DNA from: a virus
Lineage: Duplodnaviria; Caudoviricetes
IMG/VR virus record: IMGVR_UViG_3300023252_000182
Span: 1 to 44,365 of that record
DNA: 44,365 nt
Reading direction: 5' to 3' (one strand)
The notes beneath the pieces are model-generated. The model had not been told where the DNA came from. It saw only the letters and a list, made by a program, of their open reading frames with translations, and ran no database searches. A program made the translations under genes and the position numbers. How positions within the stretch are numbered: position 1 is the first letter of the stretch; each line of letters starts with the position of its first letter. Below, in pieces: positions 17,080 to 26,676 of the stretch.

Positions 17080-17603
17080 ATCGATTAATGGTGGCGACAG
17101 TTGGTGCTCTGCTGATTATCTTCATTGTGCTGGCATGGTTGGCCTTTTATTTCCACGGTAGCGCTGTAACGGCTGGCGGGAAGGTTGAGCAGTTGCGAAG
17201 TGACAACAACCTGCAGGCAGTCACGATTGCTACCCAGGCGTTTCAGTTCCAGCGTGCCAACGAAATCAGCAACGCGGCGACCCAGTACGGCATCAAAACC
17301 GACGCGGACACCCAGGGGAAAGAAATTGAATACCGGACGATCCTCAAGAATCAGCCAACGTGCGATTTGGCTGTGCCTGCCGCTATTGCTGGTGGGCTGC
17401 TCGACTACACGCACCGTCTACGTTCCCGCGCAATGTCAGCCGATACCATCGTCGCTGACGCAACCGGTGCTGGCCCCGCTCCCTCCGGCACGCTGACTTA
17501 CTGCCAGGCAGTGTTGTGGATTGATCCGTTGCTGGCGGCGCTTGACAAAGCGAACAATCAACTACTGGCGATAAGGCAGCTTGATGAAGAGAGGCAGAAA
17601 TGA
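17076..17603 (+). CDS. Rz: i-spanin (Rz-like)
   Basis: N-terminal TM, periplasmic helical region, follows the endolysin. Confidence 0.85.
   Translation: MNRLMVATVGALLIIFIVLAWLAFYFHGSAVTAGGKVEQLRSDNNLQAVTIATQAFQFQRANEISNAATQYGIKTDADTQGKEIEYRTILKNQPTCDLAVPAAIAGGLLDYTHRLRSRAMSADTIVADATGAGPAPSGTLTYCQAVLWIDPLLAALDKANNQLLAIRQLDEERQK
17326..17496 (+). CDS. Rz1: Embedded o-spanin lipoprotein (Rz1-like); start uncertain (TTG at 17326)
   Basis: +1 frame inside Rz; lipobox LLVGC followed by a Pro-rich segment. Confidence 0.75.
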   Translation: MNTGRSSRISQRAIWLCLPLLLVGCSTTRTVYVPAQCQPIPSSLTQPVLAPLPPAR

Positions 17604-17914
17604 CAGACATGGATTTTGTACTGATGTGTCTCGGTCTCGGATTTGCATTTAGCGTGATATTTATTGGCAAACGTGGTGGTGGTTGCATGCGAAACCCTCC
17701 ACCGCCAATCGGCTATGTGAGGCCAGCCCCTCCGCCATTCCCCTCACGACCATATAGTATCGAGAAGGGAGGGCGGAACCCGCCGCCACCAGATCATTAC
17801 ATTAAGCCAGCGCCAACCCCACCTCCGCCATGCGTAAGTCGGAAATGTAGACATGCCGGGATAATTCCACGGCAGAACCCGCCTGATGAGTCTGGAGGCT
17901 GCAATGATCTGTAA
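17600..17914 (+). CDS. Proline-rich membrane-anchored protein
   Basis: ATGA-coupled to Rz; TM segment plus repeated RNPPPP units. Confidence 0.65.
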   Translation: MTDMDFVLMCLGLGFAFSVIFIGKRGGGCMRNPPPPIGYVRPAPPPFPSRPYSIEKGGRNPPPPDHYIKPAPTPPPPCVSRKCRHAGIIPRQNPPDESGGCNDL

Positions 17915-18059
17915 TCTAGTTTGTGAGGTAAGAATACGGCGCTGGGCAATCCCAGTGCTGATTATTGCGCATTTAACCCGATGGGACTGGTTATTGATGA
18001 AATGCATCAGCATGCAGGTGAAAGCCGTCCCGGTAAAGAATTCCCCCGACAAGGAATGA
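17904..18059 (+). CDS. Hypothetical 51-aa protein (absent from ORF track)
   Basis: GGAGG SD; MICNLVCEVRIRRWAIPVLIIAHL...NSPDKE. Confidence 0.55.
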   Translation: MICNLVCEVRIRRWAIPVLIIAHLTRWDWLLMKCISMQVKAVPVKNSPDKE

Positions 18060-18154
18060 GACAGTGAAGCCCTGCAGGAGGTGATCACGTCTTGCTGGCG
18101 GGTAAGCCGCAAGTGGCGAGGCAACCCCGCGAGGTGTGGCTGATGCTGCGTTTA

Positions 18155-18265
18155 TTAAGGAAGCGGGAAAAAGTAGCGGATGAGATGAAGTGCGATGTAA
18201 GCGAAAGGTGTTAGCAGCGTGAATAGAGCAGTTGCAGCCCGATAAAAATCTGGTGGATAGTTCAT
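18155..18265 (-). CDS. 36-aa hydrophobic peptide antisense to the late operon (absent from ORF track)
   Basis: GGAGG SD; MNYPPDFYRAATALFTLLTPFAYIALHLIRYFFPLP. Confidence 0.55.
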   Translation of the reverse strand: MNYPPDFYRAATALFTLLTPFAYIALHLIRYFFPLP

Positions 18266-18466
18266 AAAGCCTCCGTGGTTGGTTAGATCGTTTAGTTGCT
18301 ATAAGGGCACCTATTCAAAGCTGAGCGACTGCTCCTCTATACAGAGGGTCATTGCTGAGCCTGTGATGCATCTATTGTGTCGGCTATTAGGCCTTCCATT
18401 AGTGAGTCGTAATTGCTGACATGTAGCTGGAGGCAGGCGTATCATCCTCTGAACCAGGAGGATTCC

Positions 18467-18721
18467 ATGTCATACAATCTCGGCAATCTGCCCAAAGAAG
18501 AAATGGACAAGGTGAACGTTGACCTTGCCGCATCAGGCGTAGCGTACAAAGAGCGAATGAACCAGCCAGTGATAGCTGACCAGGTGGAGCGAGAGCAGCC
18601 TGAGTATTTGCGTGAATACTTCCGTGAGCGTGTGGCGCATTACCGAGAGGTGAGCAAGAGGCTACCTAACGGCTCCGCGCCGGTTTATCTGCAAATGGCA
18701 GAGGGCAACGGCAAGAAGTAA
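18467..18721 (+). CDS. holE: DNA polymerase III theta subunit homologue (HolE / P1 Hot-like)
   Basis: [19 protein letters not shown]...[16 protein letters not shown] closely matches HolE; AGGAGG SD. Confidence 0.92.
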   Translation: MSYNLGNLPKEEMDKVNVDLAASGVAYKERMNQPVIADQVEREQPEYLREYFRERVAHYREVSKRLPNGSAPVYLQMAEGNGKK

Positions 18722-18737
18722 CAGAACATCGATAACG

Positions 18738-18759
18738 ACCCGCTTCGGCGGGTTTTTTT
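18738..18759 (+). terminator. Intrinsic terminator
   Basis: ACCCGC-ttcg-GCGGGT followed by a T run. Confidence 0.9.
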
Positions 18760-18784
18760 ATGCCCGTAAACTGGAGGCGATTTA

Positions 18785-19033
18785 ATGTCAGAAACGAAGG
18801 AAATTACCCAAGCCCAGAGTATCCGCCTCAATATCTTGAGTCTGGTTGCCTACGACACAGCAGCGGCTGCTGACGCCATTAAGTTTGTGGCGGACGATCC
18901 ATTCAGAGCTGATTTGTTTAAGAAGCAGTATGAGAGACCTGAACTGATGCACCTTGAGGTAATTTCCAGGGTGAGAAAGGCAATTCAGGAAAGCACAGAG
19001 GCCTTGCTGATTTTAAGCATCCCAGAAGTGTAA
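18785..19033 (+). CDS. DUF2560-like phage protein
   Basis: IRLNILSLVAYDTAAAADAIKFV pattern; GGAGG SD. Confidence 0.65.
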   Translation: MSETKEITQAQSIRLNILSLVAYDTAAAADAIKFVADDPFRADLFKKQYERPELMHLEVISRVRKAIQESTEALLILSIPEV

Positions 19034-19097
19034 GCATCGCAGCAGCCATTCAGTGAGTGGCTGATTCAATGCTACTGACAACCAGCAGGAGAAAACC

Positions 19098-19748
19098 ATG
19101 GCGAAGCAAGTACCGGATGAAAGCCATGAGCGGCGTCCATACCCGCCACTGCAATTCATAGAGTCACATCAACTGATGCCATACATCGGCCTTGTTCCAG
19201 CTAATGAAGTGCAGGAGTGGGTGAATAGCCAAATTCTGAGCGACACCGGCAGCCTTCATAACCCTGATCACTCTCACCTGATGGATGCCGACATACGGTT
19301 TATGTGGGCGTCATCCGCGTTTGAGAAGAAAGGGCGCTATGTGCTCGGACAGGCAGAAGAGGTTGCCATGCGCGCCGGGGGCTGGCAGAAGGCCAGAATG
19401 GAACAGCAGATGCATGAATGGTTCGGTGAAGTGCCGAAGTTCATAATCACGCTGGCAGCGGATTACGTCGCTCAGTGCTCTGATCTGGAGTTCTGCGCAT
19501 TGGTTGAGCATGAGCTCTACCATATTGCCCAGGCAACCGATGATTTCGGCGCGCCGAAATTCAACAGGGAAGGTCAGCCGGTGCTGAAGTTGCGCGGCCA
19601 CGACGTTGAAGAGTTCGTTGGCGTGGTCCGTAGGTATGGTGCCAGCGTGGAAGTTCAAGAAATGGTTGATGCGGCTAACAAGCCTGCGGAGGTGGCACAC
19701 CTAAACATTGCCAGGGCATGCGGTAACTGCATGTTGCGGCTGGCGTAA
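19098..19748 (+). CDS. Putative phage metallopeptidase
   Basis: HELYH (HExxH) and HDVEEF motifs. Confidence 0.82.
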   Translation: MAKQVPDESHERRPYPPLQFIESHQLMPYIGLVPANEVQEWVNSQILSDTGSLHNPDHSHLMDADIRFMWASSAFEKKGRYVLGQAEEVAMRAGGWQKARMEQQMHEWFGEVPKFIITLAADYVAQCSDLEFCALVEHELYHIAQATDDFGAPKFNREGQPVLKLRGHDVEEFVGVVRRYGASVEVQEMVDAANKPAEVAHLNIARACGNCMLRLA

Positions 19749-19779
19749 ATTCAGGACAGGTCAGGACGGATGGTGAAAT

Positions 19780-20247
19780 ATGGCGGCGCTAAAATCAGAG
19801 GTTAAAGCCTTCATAATTCAATCCGTTGCGTGTTATGACACCCCTACTCAAGTGGTGGATACTGTCCTGAAAGAATTTGGGGTAAAAATAACCAGGCAAC
19901 AGGTTGAACAAAACGATCCAACAAAGGTTAGCAGTAAAGGTCTGGCTAAAAGATGGGTAGATCTTTTCCACTCTACTCGTGAGCGTTTCCAGAATGAGAT
20001 ATCAGACATTCCGATAGCCAATAAAGCTTATCGGTTACGAGTTCTTGACCGCATGGCGGCCAGTACCGAAAAGGTTAAAAACTACGGGATGACCGCTCAG
20101 CTCATGGAGCAGGCGGCTAAAGAGGTTGGTGATGCCTATAGCAATAAACAAAAGGTTGAGCACACCAGCCCAGATGGGAGCATGACGCCAAGGCCAACGA
20201 TAATCAGACTGGTGGGGGTGGAGCCAACTAATGGAAAGTCAGGTTGA
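19780..20247 (+). CDS. DUF2280 protein, probable terminase small subunit
   Basis: IPIANKAYRLRVLDRM...EQAAKEVG; directly upstream of terL. Confidence 0.8.
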   Translation: MAALKSEVKAFIIQSVACYDTPTQVVDTVLKEFGVKITRQQVEQNDPTKVSSKGLAKRWVDLFHSTRERFQNEISDIPIANKAYRLRVLDRMAASTEKVKNYGMTAQLMEQAAKEVGDAYSNKQKVEHTSPDGSMTPRPTIIRLVGVEPTNGKSG

Positions 20248-21544
20248 TCTGCAAATCCCCGCCAAACTTGTTCCTGTTTTCGCGACTGAGGGTATTCGCT
20301 ACCGAGGCGCTCATGGTGGGCGAGGTTCAGCCAAGACGCGCACGTTTGCACTGATGAGTGCCGTCAAGGCGTATCAGGCTGCTGAAAGCGGTACAAGTGG
20401 GGTTATTCTCTGCGCCCGAGAGTTTATGAACTCCCTGGAAGAATCATCCATGGAGGAGGTTAAACAGGCGATCAGATCTGTACCATGGCTGGATGACTAC
20501 TTCGATATTGGCGAAAAATACATTCGTACCAAGAACCGTAATGTCAGCTATGTTTTCTGCGGACTTCGCCACAACCTCGACAGCATCAAATCAAAAGCGC
20601 GAATTTTGGTGGCTTGGGTAGATGAGGCTGAATCGGTATCTGCAACAGCCTGGAAGAAACTCCGGCCAACGGTGCGTGAGCCTGGATCTGAAATTTGGGT
20701 GACATGGAACCCGGAGAAAGACGGTAGCGCCACTGATAAACTTTTCAGAAAGAATCCGCCGAAAAGCTCGATGATTGTCGAGATGAACTTTAGCGACAAT
20801 CCGTGGTTCCCTGAAGTGCTCGAAGAGGAACGACGGGAAGACCTTGAAAACCTCGATTACGCCGATTACGCGTGGATATGGGAAGGGGCTTACCTTGAAA
20901 ACTCCGATAAGCAGGTACTGGCGAATAAGTATGTTGTCCAAAGCTTTGCTGATGACCTATGGGAACAGGCCGAACGGCTGTTATTCGGCGCGGACTTCGG
21001 TTTTGCGAAAGACCCGAGCACGCTTATCCGCATGTTCATTCTCAACAGCAATCTGTACATCGAATACGAGGCTTACGGACACGGTGTCGAGCTGGATGAC
21101 ATGTGGAAGTTTTACGCAGGAATCGATGGTGCGAAGCCTAAGCAGCTTGAAGACTGGAAGGTCACTGACGAGGCGAAATTCCCTGGCATACCTCAGGCGC
21201 GGAAATGGCCGATCAAGGCTGACAACTCACGACCTGAAACAATTAGCCACATCAAGGCTCAGGGCTTCAATATTGCCGCCGCTCAGAAATGGGCAGGTAG
21301 CGTTGAGGACGGTATAACCTGCCTTCGTGGTTTTAAGCAGATCATCATTCACCCACGTTGTAAAGAAACAGCGAAAGAGGCTCGCCTGTACTCGTACAAG
21401 ACCGATAGGACTACGGGGGAAGTGCTGCCAGTGATAGAAGATAAGAACAACCACTGCTGGGATGGTGTTCGATATGGATTGGACGGATATATCAAACACA
21501 AACCTCAGAGTATGGGAATGATGCTCCCTAAACGCCTCCGGTAA
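20231..21544 (+). CDS. terL: Terminase large subunit (PBSX type)
   Basis: GGRGSAKT Walker A, WVDEAE Walker B, GADFG and NHCWDGVRY nuclease motifs. Confidence 0.95.
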   Translation: MESQVDLQIPAKLVPVFATEGIRYRGAHGGRGSAKTRTFALMSAVKAYQAAESGTSGVILCAREFMNSLEESSMEEVKQAIRSVPWLDDYFDIGEKYIRTKNRNVSYVFCGLRHNLDSIKSKARILVAWVDEAESVSATAWKKLRPTVREPGSEIWVTWNPEKDGSATDKLFRKNPPKSSMIVEMNFSDNPWFPEVLEEERREDLENLDYADYAWIWEGAYLENSDKQVLANKYVVQSFADDLWEQAERLLFGADFGFAKDPSTLIRMFILNSNLYIEYEAYGHGVELDDMWKFYAGIDGAKPKQLEDWKVTDEAKFPGIPQARKWPIKADNSRPETISHIKAQGFNIAAAQKWAGSVEDGITCLRGFKQIIIHPRCKETAKEARLYSYKTDRTTGEVLPVIEDKNNHCWDGVRYGLDGYIKHKPQSMGMMLPKRLR

Positions 21545-21565
21545 TAACTCCACAACGGAATCGAC

Positions 21566-22915
21566 ATGAATAAAAACCTCCAGATGGCCGTCAACCACGC
21601 GTTGAACGACGCCAGGATTGAGCGTGCCCGCATGGGGATGCTGTCACCAACCATGGGGTTGGACAACAAGCGCGGTTCAGCATGGTGTGAATACGGTTTT
21701 CCTGACCAGATCACGTATGACAACCTCTATTCGCTTTATCGCCGTGGTGGCATAGCTCATGGCGCAGTAGAAAAGCTGGTGGGGAAATGCTGGCAAACCA
21801 ACCCGGAAATTATTGAGGGTGAAAAGTCAGACGAGAAGCGCGCGGTAACCAAGTGGGAGAAAAAACTTAAGCAGGTGTTCACCTATCGGCTCTGGCGATC
21901 CTTTGCTGAAGCTGACCGCCGTAGATTGGTAGGCCGTTTTTCTGGTGTATTGCTGCATATAAACGACTCCCGTCAGTGGGATCAGCCTGTACTGAAAGGC
22001 AAAGCGCTAAAAAAAATAACAGTGGCATGGGCTGGGGCTTTAAAGGTTGCAGCGTGGGTAACTGATGTAAAAGCCGCAGATTATGGGCAGCCAAAGGAAT
22101 GGGTGTACACGGAGCGATTACCCAATGGCGGCACTAACAGCCGCAAAGTACATCCAGACCGAATTTTCATTCTTGGCGATTATGCAGAAGACGCAATTGG
22201 GTTTCTGGAACCGGCATACAACGCATTTGTGAGCCTAGAAAAGGTGGAGGGCGGTTCTGGCGAGTCATTCCTGAAGAACGCGGCACGTCAGCTCGCGCTC
22301 AGCTTTGACAAAGAGATCGACTTTGGCAGTCTCGCGTCAATGTACGGCGTGAGTGTTGACGAGTTGCAGGACAAGTTCAACGAAGCAGCTCGTGAGATGA
22401 ACCGGGGCAACGACGTCCTGATGAGTCTTCAAGGTGCAACTGTAACCTCTTTGGTTTCCCCGGTTTCTGACCCCAGCGCAACCTATAACGTCAACCTGCA
22501 GACGGCCTCTTCCGGTGTTGATATCCCGACGCGGATTCTTGTGGGGAACCAACAGGCAGAGCGATCGAGCACTGAAGACCAGAAGTACATGAACGGACGC
22601 TGCCAGAGCCGACGAGGTGATCTGTCATTCGAAATTGAGGACTTTTGCGACAAGCTGATTTATCTCGGCACTATCGACTCAGTAGGCCAAAAAACGGTTA
22701 TCTGGGATGACCTAAATCAGCAGACGCGAACTGAGCGATTAGCAGACTCAAAAACCATGGCAGAAATAAACAAAGCCATGGTTGAAAGCGGCAATGAATC
22801 CCCATTCAGCGGGGCCGAGGTTCGCACTACTGCAGGCTATGAAGTAGAAAATAATGACCCGCTCGGGGAGGTAGAGGATGGTGAAGAAACCGAAACCTCC
22901 GATATTGCCGAGTAA
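21566..22915 (+). CDS. Portal protein (DUF1073-like)
   Basis: Position after terL, size, IPTRILVG and VHPDRI motifs. Confidence 0.85.
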   Translation: MNKNLQMAVNHALNDARIERARMGMLSPTMGLDNKRGSAWCEYGFPDQITYDNLYSLYRRGGIAHGAVEKLVGKCWQTNPEIIEGEKSDEKRAVTKWEKKLKQVFTYRLWRSFAEADRRRLVGRFSGVLLHINDSRQWDQPVLKGKALKKITVAWAGALKVAAWVTDVKAADYGQPKEWVYTERLPNGGTNSRKVHPDRIFILGDYAEDAIGFLEPAYNAFVSLEKVEGGSGESFLKNAARQLALSFDKEIDFGSLASMYGVSVDELQDKFNEAAREMNRGNDVLMSLQGATVTSLVSPVSDPSATYNVNLQTASSGVDIPTRILVGNQQAERSSTEDQKYMNGRCQSRRGDLSFEIEDFCDKLIYLGTIDSVGQKTVIWDDLNQQTRTERLADSKTMAEINKAMVESGNESPFSGAEVRTTAGYEVENNDPLGEVEDGEETETSDIAE

Positions 22916-23834
22916 CATTAAAGATCCTACCGGTGTCGATAAGCTGGAACGTGGTGCCATGCGGGAGTTTGCAAAACGCATGGGGAAGATAGCGAAAGGT
23001 TACGTTGACATCCTCAACCGCATTCCTGCTGAACCAGTCGTCAATGAACGCTATACCTTTCGGCTCGATCAGGGGCTTCTCTCGATGCTGCTGCAGAACG
23101 GTGAATCGCTGGTGGAAGAAATTCTCCTCGAAGGTGGAGAGTTCAACCTCTGGTTCTTTGGTCGCTATGTCTCTGTGGCATATCAGCGCGGCACCACGCA
23201 GGAGTATTACAACCTATCTCAACAATCATCTGCTTATGCTGCCGGACAGCAGGATATCCCAAGCATCCTATTAAGCGAGCCATATCAGCTTCGCCTGATA
23301 CTGGTTAGGGCGCGTGAGTTCGAAGAGATGAAAGGGCTTAGCGCGCAAGTTAAAAGTAACATGGCACGTATCCTGACTGATGGTATAGCCAGGGGGCTAA
23401 ATCCCCGTGATGTTGCGAAAAACCTCAATGAGCAAACCGGCATAGAAACACGGCGAGCTAACCGCATCGCCAGAACGGAAATCACCACCGCACTGCGCCG
23501 CGCTCGCTGGGATGAAGCCCAGGATGCTGAAGACCGCTACGGAATCAGGACTAGGCTTCTTCATCTTTCAGCCTTAAGCCCAACAACCCGCCGCCATCAC
23601 GCCTTGAGGCATGCACATCTTTACACCATAGAAGAGGTTCGCGAGTGGTACAGCGTCAACGGCAATGCCATTAATTGCAAATGTACACAGGTAGTCGTGC
23701 TGGTGGATGCCACTGGTAATCCGCTATACCCGAACGTTATTGAAATGGCTAAAAAGAGACTTGAGAAGGCGCAAGAGGATGGGATGTTTACCAACCAAAG
23801 GCATTGCGGTTGTGGGAAACACAAGGCTGCATAA
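22878..23834 (+). CDS. Head morphogenesis protein (SPP1 gp7 / Mu F)
   Basis: RANRIARTE, TRRHH and INCKC motifs. Confidence 0.88.
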   Translation: MVKKPKPPILPSNIKDPTGVDKLERGAMREFAKRMGKIAKGYVDILNRIPAEPVVNERYTFRLDQGLLSMLLQNGESLVEEILLEGGEFNLWFFGRYVSVAYQRGTTQEYYNLSQQSSAYAAGQQDIPSILLSEPYQLRLILVRAREFEEMKGLSAQVKSNMARILTDGIARGLNPRDVAKNLNEQTGIETRRANRIARTEITTALRRARWDEAQDAEDRYGIRTRLLHLSALSPTTRRHHALRHAHLYTIEEVREWYSVNGNAINCKCTQVVVLVDATGNPLYPNVIEMAKKRLEKAQEDGMFTNQRHCGCGKHKAA

Positions 23835-23848
23835 CATTGGGAAAAATT

Positions 23849-25114
23849 ATGAAAGTTCAAGTTAACGTAACCACGAAGGTAAACAACCAGGCGATTCGCC
23901 GGGAAACGTACAACGGGAGAGAGCATCTTGTTTTGCCCAGTTATACGCTTCCGGCAAACGTAGTCATGAATGACGGGCTTTATACGGCCAGCGAAATCGA
24001 CGCTCACTATCAGGGGTTGGAAGGCACGTTGGCACCGTTGGGACACCCACAGCTTAATGGCGCATTCATTTCTGCATTTTCAGCCGAAGGCATCAACCAG
24101 GGCCACATTGGAGCCTGGAACCGCAACGTGAAGAAATCCGGTAATCGTATTTACCTGGAAAAATGGGTGGATACACATACCGCCAACCAGAGCGAGGGAG
24201 GGCGAGAGCTGCTCGACCGTGTGGCAGCTATTGAGCGTGGTGATGAAGTTCCGCCGATTCACACGAGCGTAGCGGTGTTCCTTGATCAACTGGAGCCAAA
24301 CGAGCAGCAGAAGTCTACGGGCGCGAAGTGGGTGGCGAAGATTCACGGTATGGACCACGACGCCATTTTACTGCATGAGGTAGGAGCTGCGACGCCGGAG
24401 CAGGGTGTTGGCCTGATGGTTAACGCTGATCTCGCTACGCCACTCAAGGCCAATTCTGGCGCGCTGGTGGGTGAGTCCTACCGCGATCGCGAACTCAGGC
24501 TAGATCGGGCAGCTAAAGCCCAATTCGCACCAGGTGAAAATGAATATGCGTGGGTGGCTGACTTCACCGATTCGCAAGTTGTAATTATGCGTAACGGAGG
24601 CGCTGCGCAGGTTTATGGCTACTCCGCTGATGGCGGGAAAATCACCTTTGATGCCACCGGAACACCGGTAACGCGCCAAGAATCATGGGTGGCTATCGTC
24701 GCCAACAAAGTTAAATCCTTATTCACTCCGCAGGGACAACCTGCACAAAACCACCAAACGGAGGGCGACATGCCTTTGACCACTGAAGAGAAACAAGAGC
24801 TGATCACCGAAATCGGCAAAGGCCTGGCTGCCAACTTCGCCGATGCGCTTAAACCGATCGCTGACAAAGTTGATGCACTGCAGATCAACCATAACCAACT
24901 GGCCGAAACCCTGACCGCCAATTCCCGTGCTGAAGAGAAAACCAAACGTGAAGCGGTGGCTAAGGTTCATGGTGAAGTCGTCGCCAATGCGCTCAAGGGT
25001 GACGCACTGGACGTAATGTTTAAGTCTTTGGGCGAAGCAGCTCCGTTAGCAGGTAACTCCGGCCAACAGCAGCAAGAAAGCGGTGCACCTGCTGCTGACG
25101 CATATTTCAAATAA
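23849..25114 (+). CDS. Prohead protease / scaffold protein
   Basis: LGHP and DHDAILL motifs, helical C-terminus; position before the capsid genes. Confidence 0.7.
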   Translation: MKVQVNVTTKVNNQAIRRETYNGREHLVLPSYTLPANVVMNDGLYTASEIDAHYQGLEGTLAPLGHPQLNGAFISAFSAEGINQGHIGAWNRNVKKSGNRIYLEKWVDTHTANQSEGGRELLDRVAAIERGDEVPPIHTSVAVFLDQLEPNEQQKSTGAKWVAKIHGMDHDAILLHEVGAATPEQGVGLMVNADLATPLKANSGALVGESYRDRELRLDRAAKAQFAPGENEYAWVADFTDSQVVIMRNGGAAQVYGYSADGGKITFDATGTPVTRQESWVAIVANKVKSLFTPQGQPAQNHQTEGDMPLTTEEKQELITEIGKGLAANFADALKPIADKVDALQINHNQLAETLTANSRAEEKTKREAVAKVHGEVVANALKGDALDVMFKSLGEAAPLAGNSGQQQQESGAPAADAYFK

Positions 25115-25125
25115 GGGGACATCCA

Positions 25126-25578
25126 ATGCCACGTTATCGTCGCGTTAATATCGACGGTCAGTCTCTGTACAAGACCGAAACCCGCACCACTGCCGCAGCA
25201 CTTCTGCCAGGCACTGCTGCTGTCATCAACGCCAATGATGAGTTTGCTCAGGCAGCGGCGCTTAAAGGCCGCATCTACATCATCGACGTTGCTTATCACC
25301 AAGGGCTGAAAATTACGGATGCTGTCCCCGTCGGTGACTCCGCTGTAGGCAACTACGCGGAGGAAGGCCGTGAATTGGCTCTACTGTGCGTACCTGGCGC
25401 GTACAAGAAAGACAGCCCGATCAAGCTCGGCGCAAATGGTCAATTCACTTTGGCTACGGCTGACACTGACTCAGTGATCGGCTACAGCCAGGATGAAGCA
25501 ACCATCGCGGCCAATACCACCGATTTCATCCGCGTGCGTATGCGCGTTGGCACCGTCGCAGCAGCGCCTGCACCGTAA
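25126..25578 (+). CDS. Head decoration protein
   Basis: Size and position immediately before the major capsid gene. Confidence 0.65.
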   Translation: MPRYRRVNIDGQSLYKTETRTTAAALLPGTAAVINANDEFAQAAALKGRIYIIDVAYHQGLKITDAVPVGDSAVGNYAEEGRELALLCVPGAYKKDSPIKLGANGQFTLATADTDSVIGYSQDEATIAANTTDFIRVRMRVGTVAAAPAP

Positions 25579-25590
25579 AAAGGAAAATAT

Positions 25591-26667
25591 ATGTATTTCT
25601 CCAAAGAGACACTGGCTGCAAACAGCCGCCTCGGTGGTCACTGGAATGAGCTGTGGGCGAACCGTAATATTTGGAACGCCACCAACAATTCCATGATTGC
25701 TGTAAACCGTGCGCACATGACGCCAGAGATGCTGGCATGTAACGCTGTTGGTGGTTTCGCTCGTGAGTTCTGGGCAGAAGTTGATAACCAGATCCTCCAA
25801 ATGCGCGATCAGGAAGAAGGGATGGAAATCATCAATGACCTGATGGGCGTTCAAACAGTGCTGCCAGTAGGTAAGACAGCCAAGCTCTATAACGTGGTAG
25901 GCGATATTGCTGATGATGTTTCAGTCAGCATTGATGGCCAGGCTCCTTTCTCATTTGATCATACTGAATACGACAGCGATGGTGATCCAATCCCAGTCTT
26001 CACCGCAGGCTATGGTGTTAACTGGCGTCATGCGGCAGGCATGAATTCCGTGGGTATTGATCTTGTTCTGGACTCGCAGGCAGCCAAGCTGAAGAAGGTG
26101 AACAAACGCCGGGTAGCCTATTACCTGTCTGGTGATTCCAGCATTCAGGTGCAAGGTTATCCAGCTCAAGGTATGAAAAACCACCGCAACTCCAAGAAAA
26201 TTAATCTTGGTTCAGGCGCGGGTGGTGCGAATATTGATCTCACTACCGCTACACAGGCTCAGTTGATTGAGTTTTACGGGAAAGGCGCATTTGGTATCAC
26301 AGCACGCGCTAACAAAGTTGCTCAATATGATATCCAGTGGGTGAGCCCTGAAATCTGGGCTAACTATGCTCAGCCCTATGTCGTTAACGGGGTAATTACT
26401 GGGACTGTGCTGCAGGCTATCCTGCCATTTGCACCAGTGAAAGAGGTGCGTCCAACGTTTGCACTATCTGGCAACGAATTTATCGCCTATCAGCGCCGTC
26501 GTGATGTTATCTCCCCTCTGATTGGTATGGCGCAGGGGGTTATTCCTTTGCCTCGCCCACTGCCTAACGTTAACTACAACTTCCAGATCATGTCTGCTGA
26601 AGGTCTGCAAATTACCGCAGATGATCAGGGGCTGTCCGGTGTTGTCTATGGTGCCGTTCTGGCGTAA
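25591..26667 (+). CDS. Major capsid protein
   Basis: 358 aa, position in the head module. Confidence 0.85.
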   Translation: MYFSKETLAANSRLGGHWNELWANRNIWNATNNSMIAVNRAHMTPEMLACNAVGGFAREFWAEVDNQILQMRDQEEGMEIINDLMGVQTVLPVGKTAKLYNVVGDIADDVSVSIDGQAPFSFDHTEYDSDGDPIPVFTAGYGVNWRHAAGMNSVGIDLVLDSQAAKLKKVNKRRVAYYLSGDSSIQVQGYPAQGMKNHRNSKKINLGSGAGGANIDLTTATQAQLIEFYGKGAFGITARANKVAQYDIQWVSPEIWANYAQPYVVNGVITGTVLQAILPFAPVKEVRPTFALSGNEFIAYQRRRDVISPLIGMAQGVIPLPRPLPNVNYNFQIMSAEGLQITADDQGLSGVVYGAVLA

Positions 26668-26676
26668 GGGGTGAGC

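Noticed and set aside
17884-17910. CTGATGAG hammerhead ribozyme core
   Set aside because: No stem II followed by GAAA, and it lies within coding sequence.
21566-22915. Anti-CBASS Acb1 label often attached to DUF1073 proteins
   Set aside because: Position and size fit a portal, and I see no separate 2H-phosphoesterase domain with paired HxT motifs.
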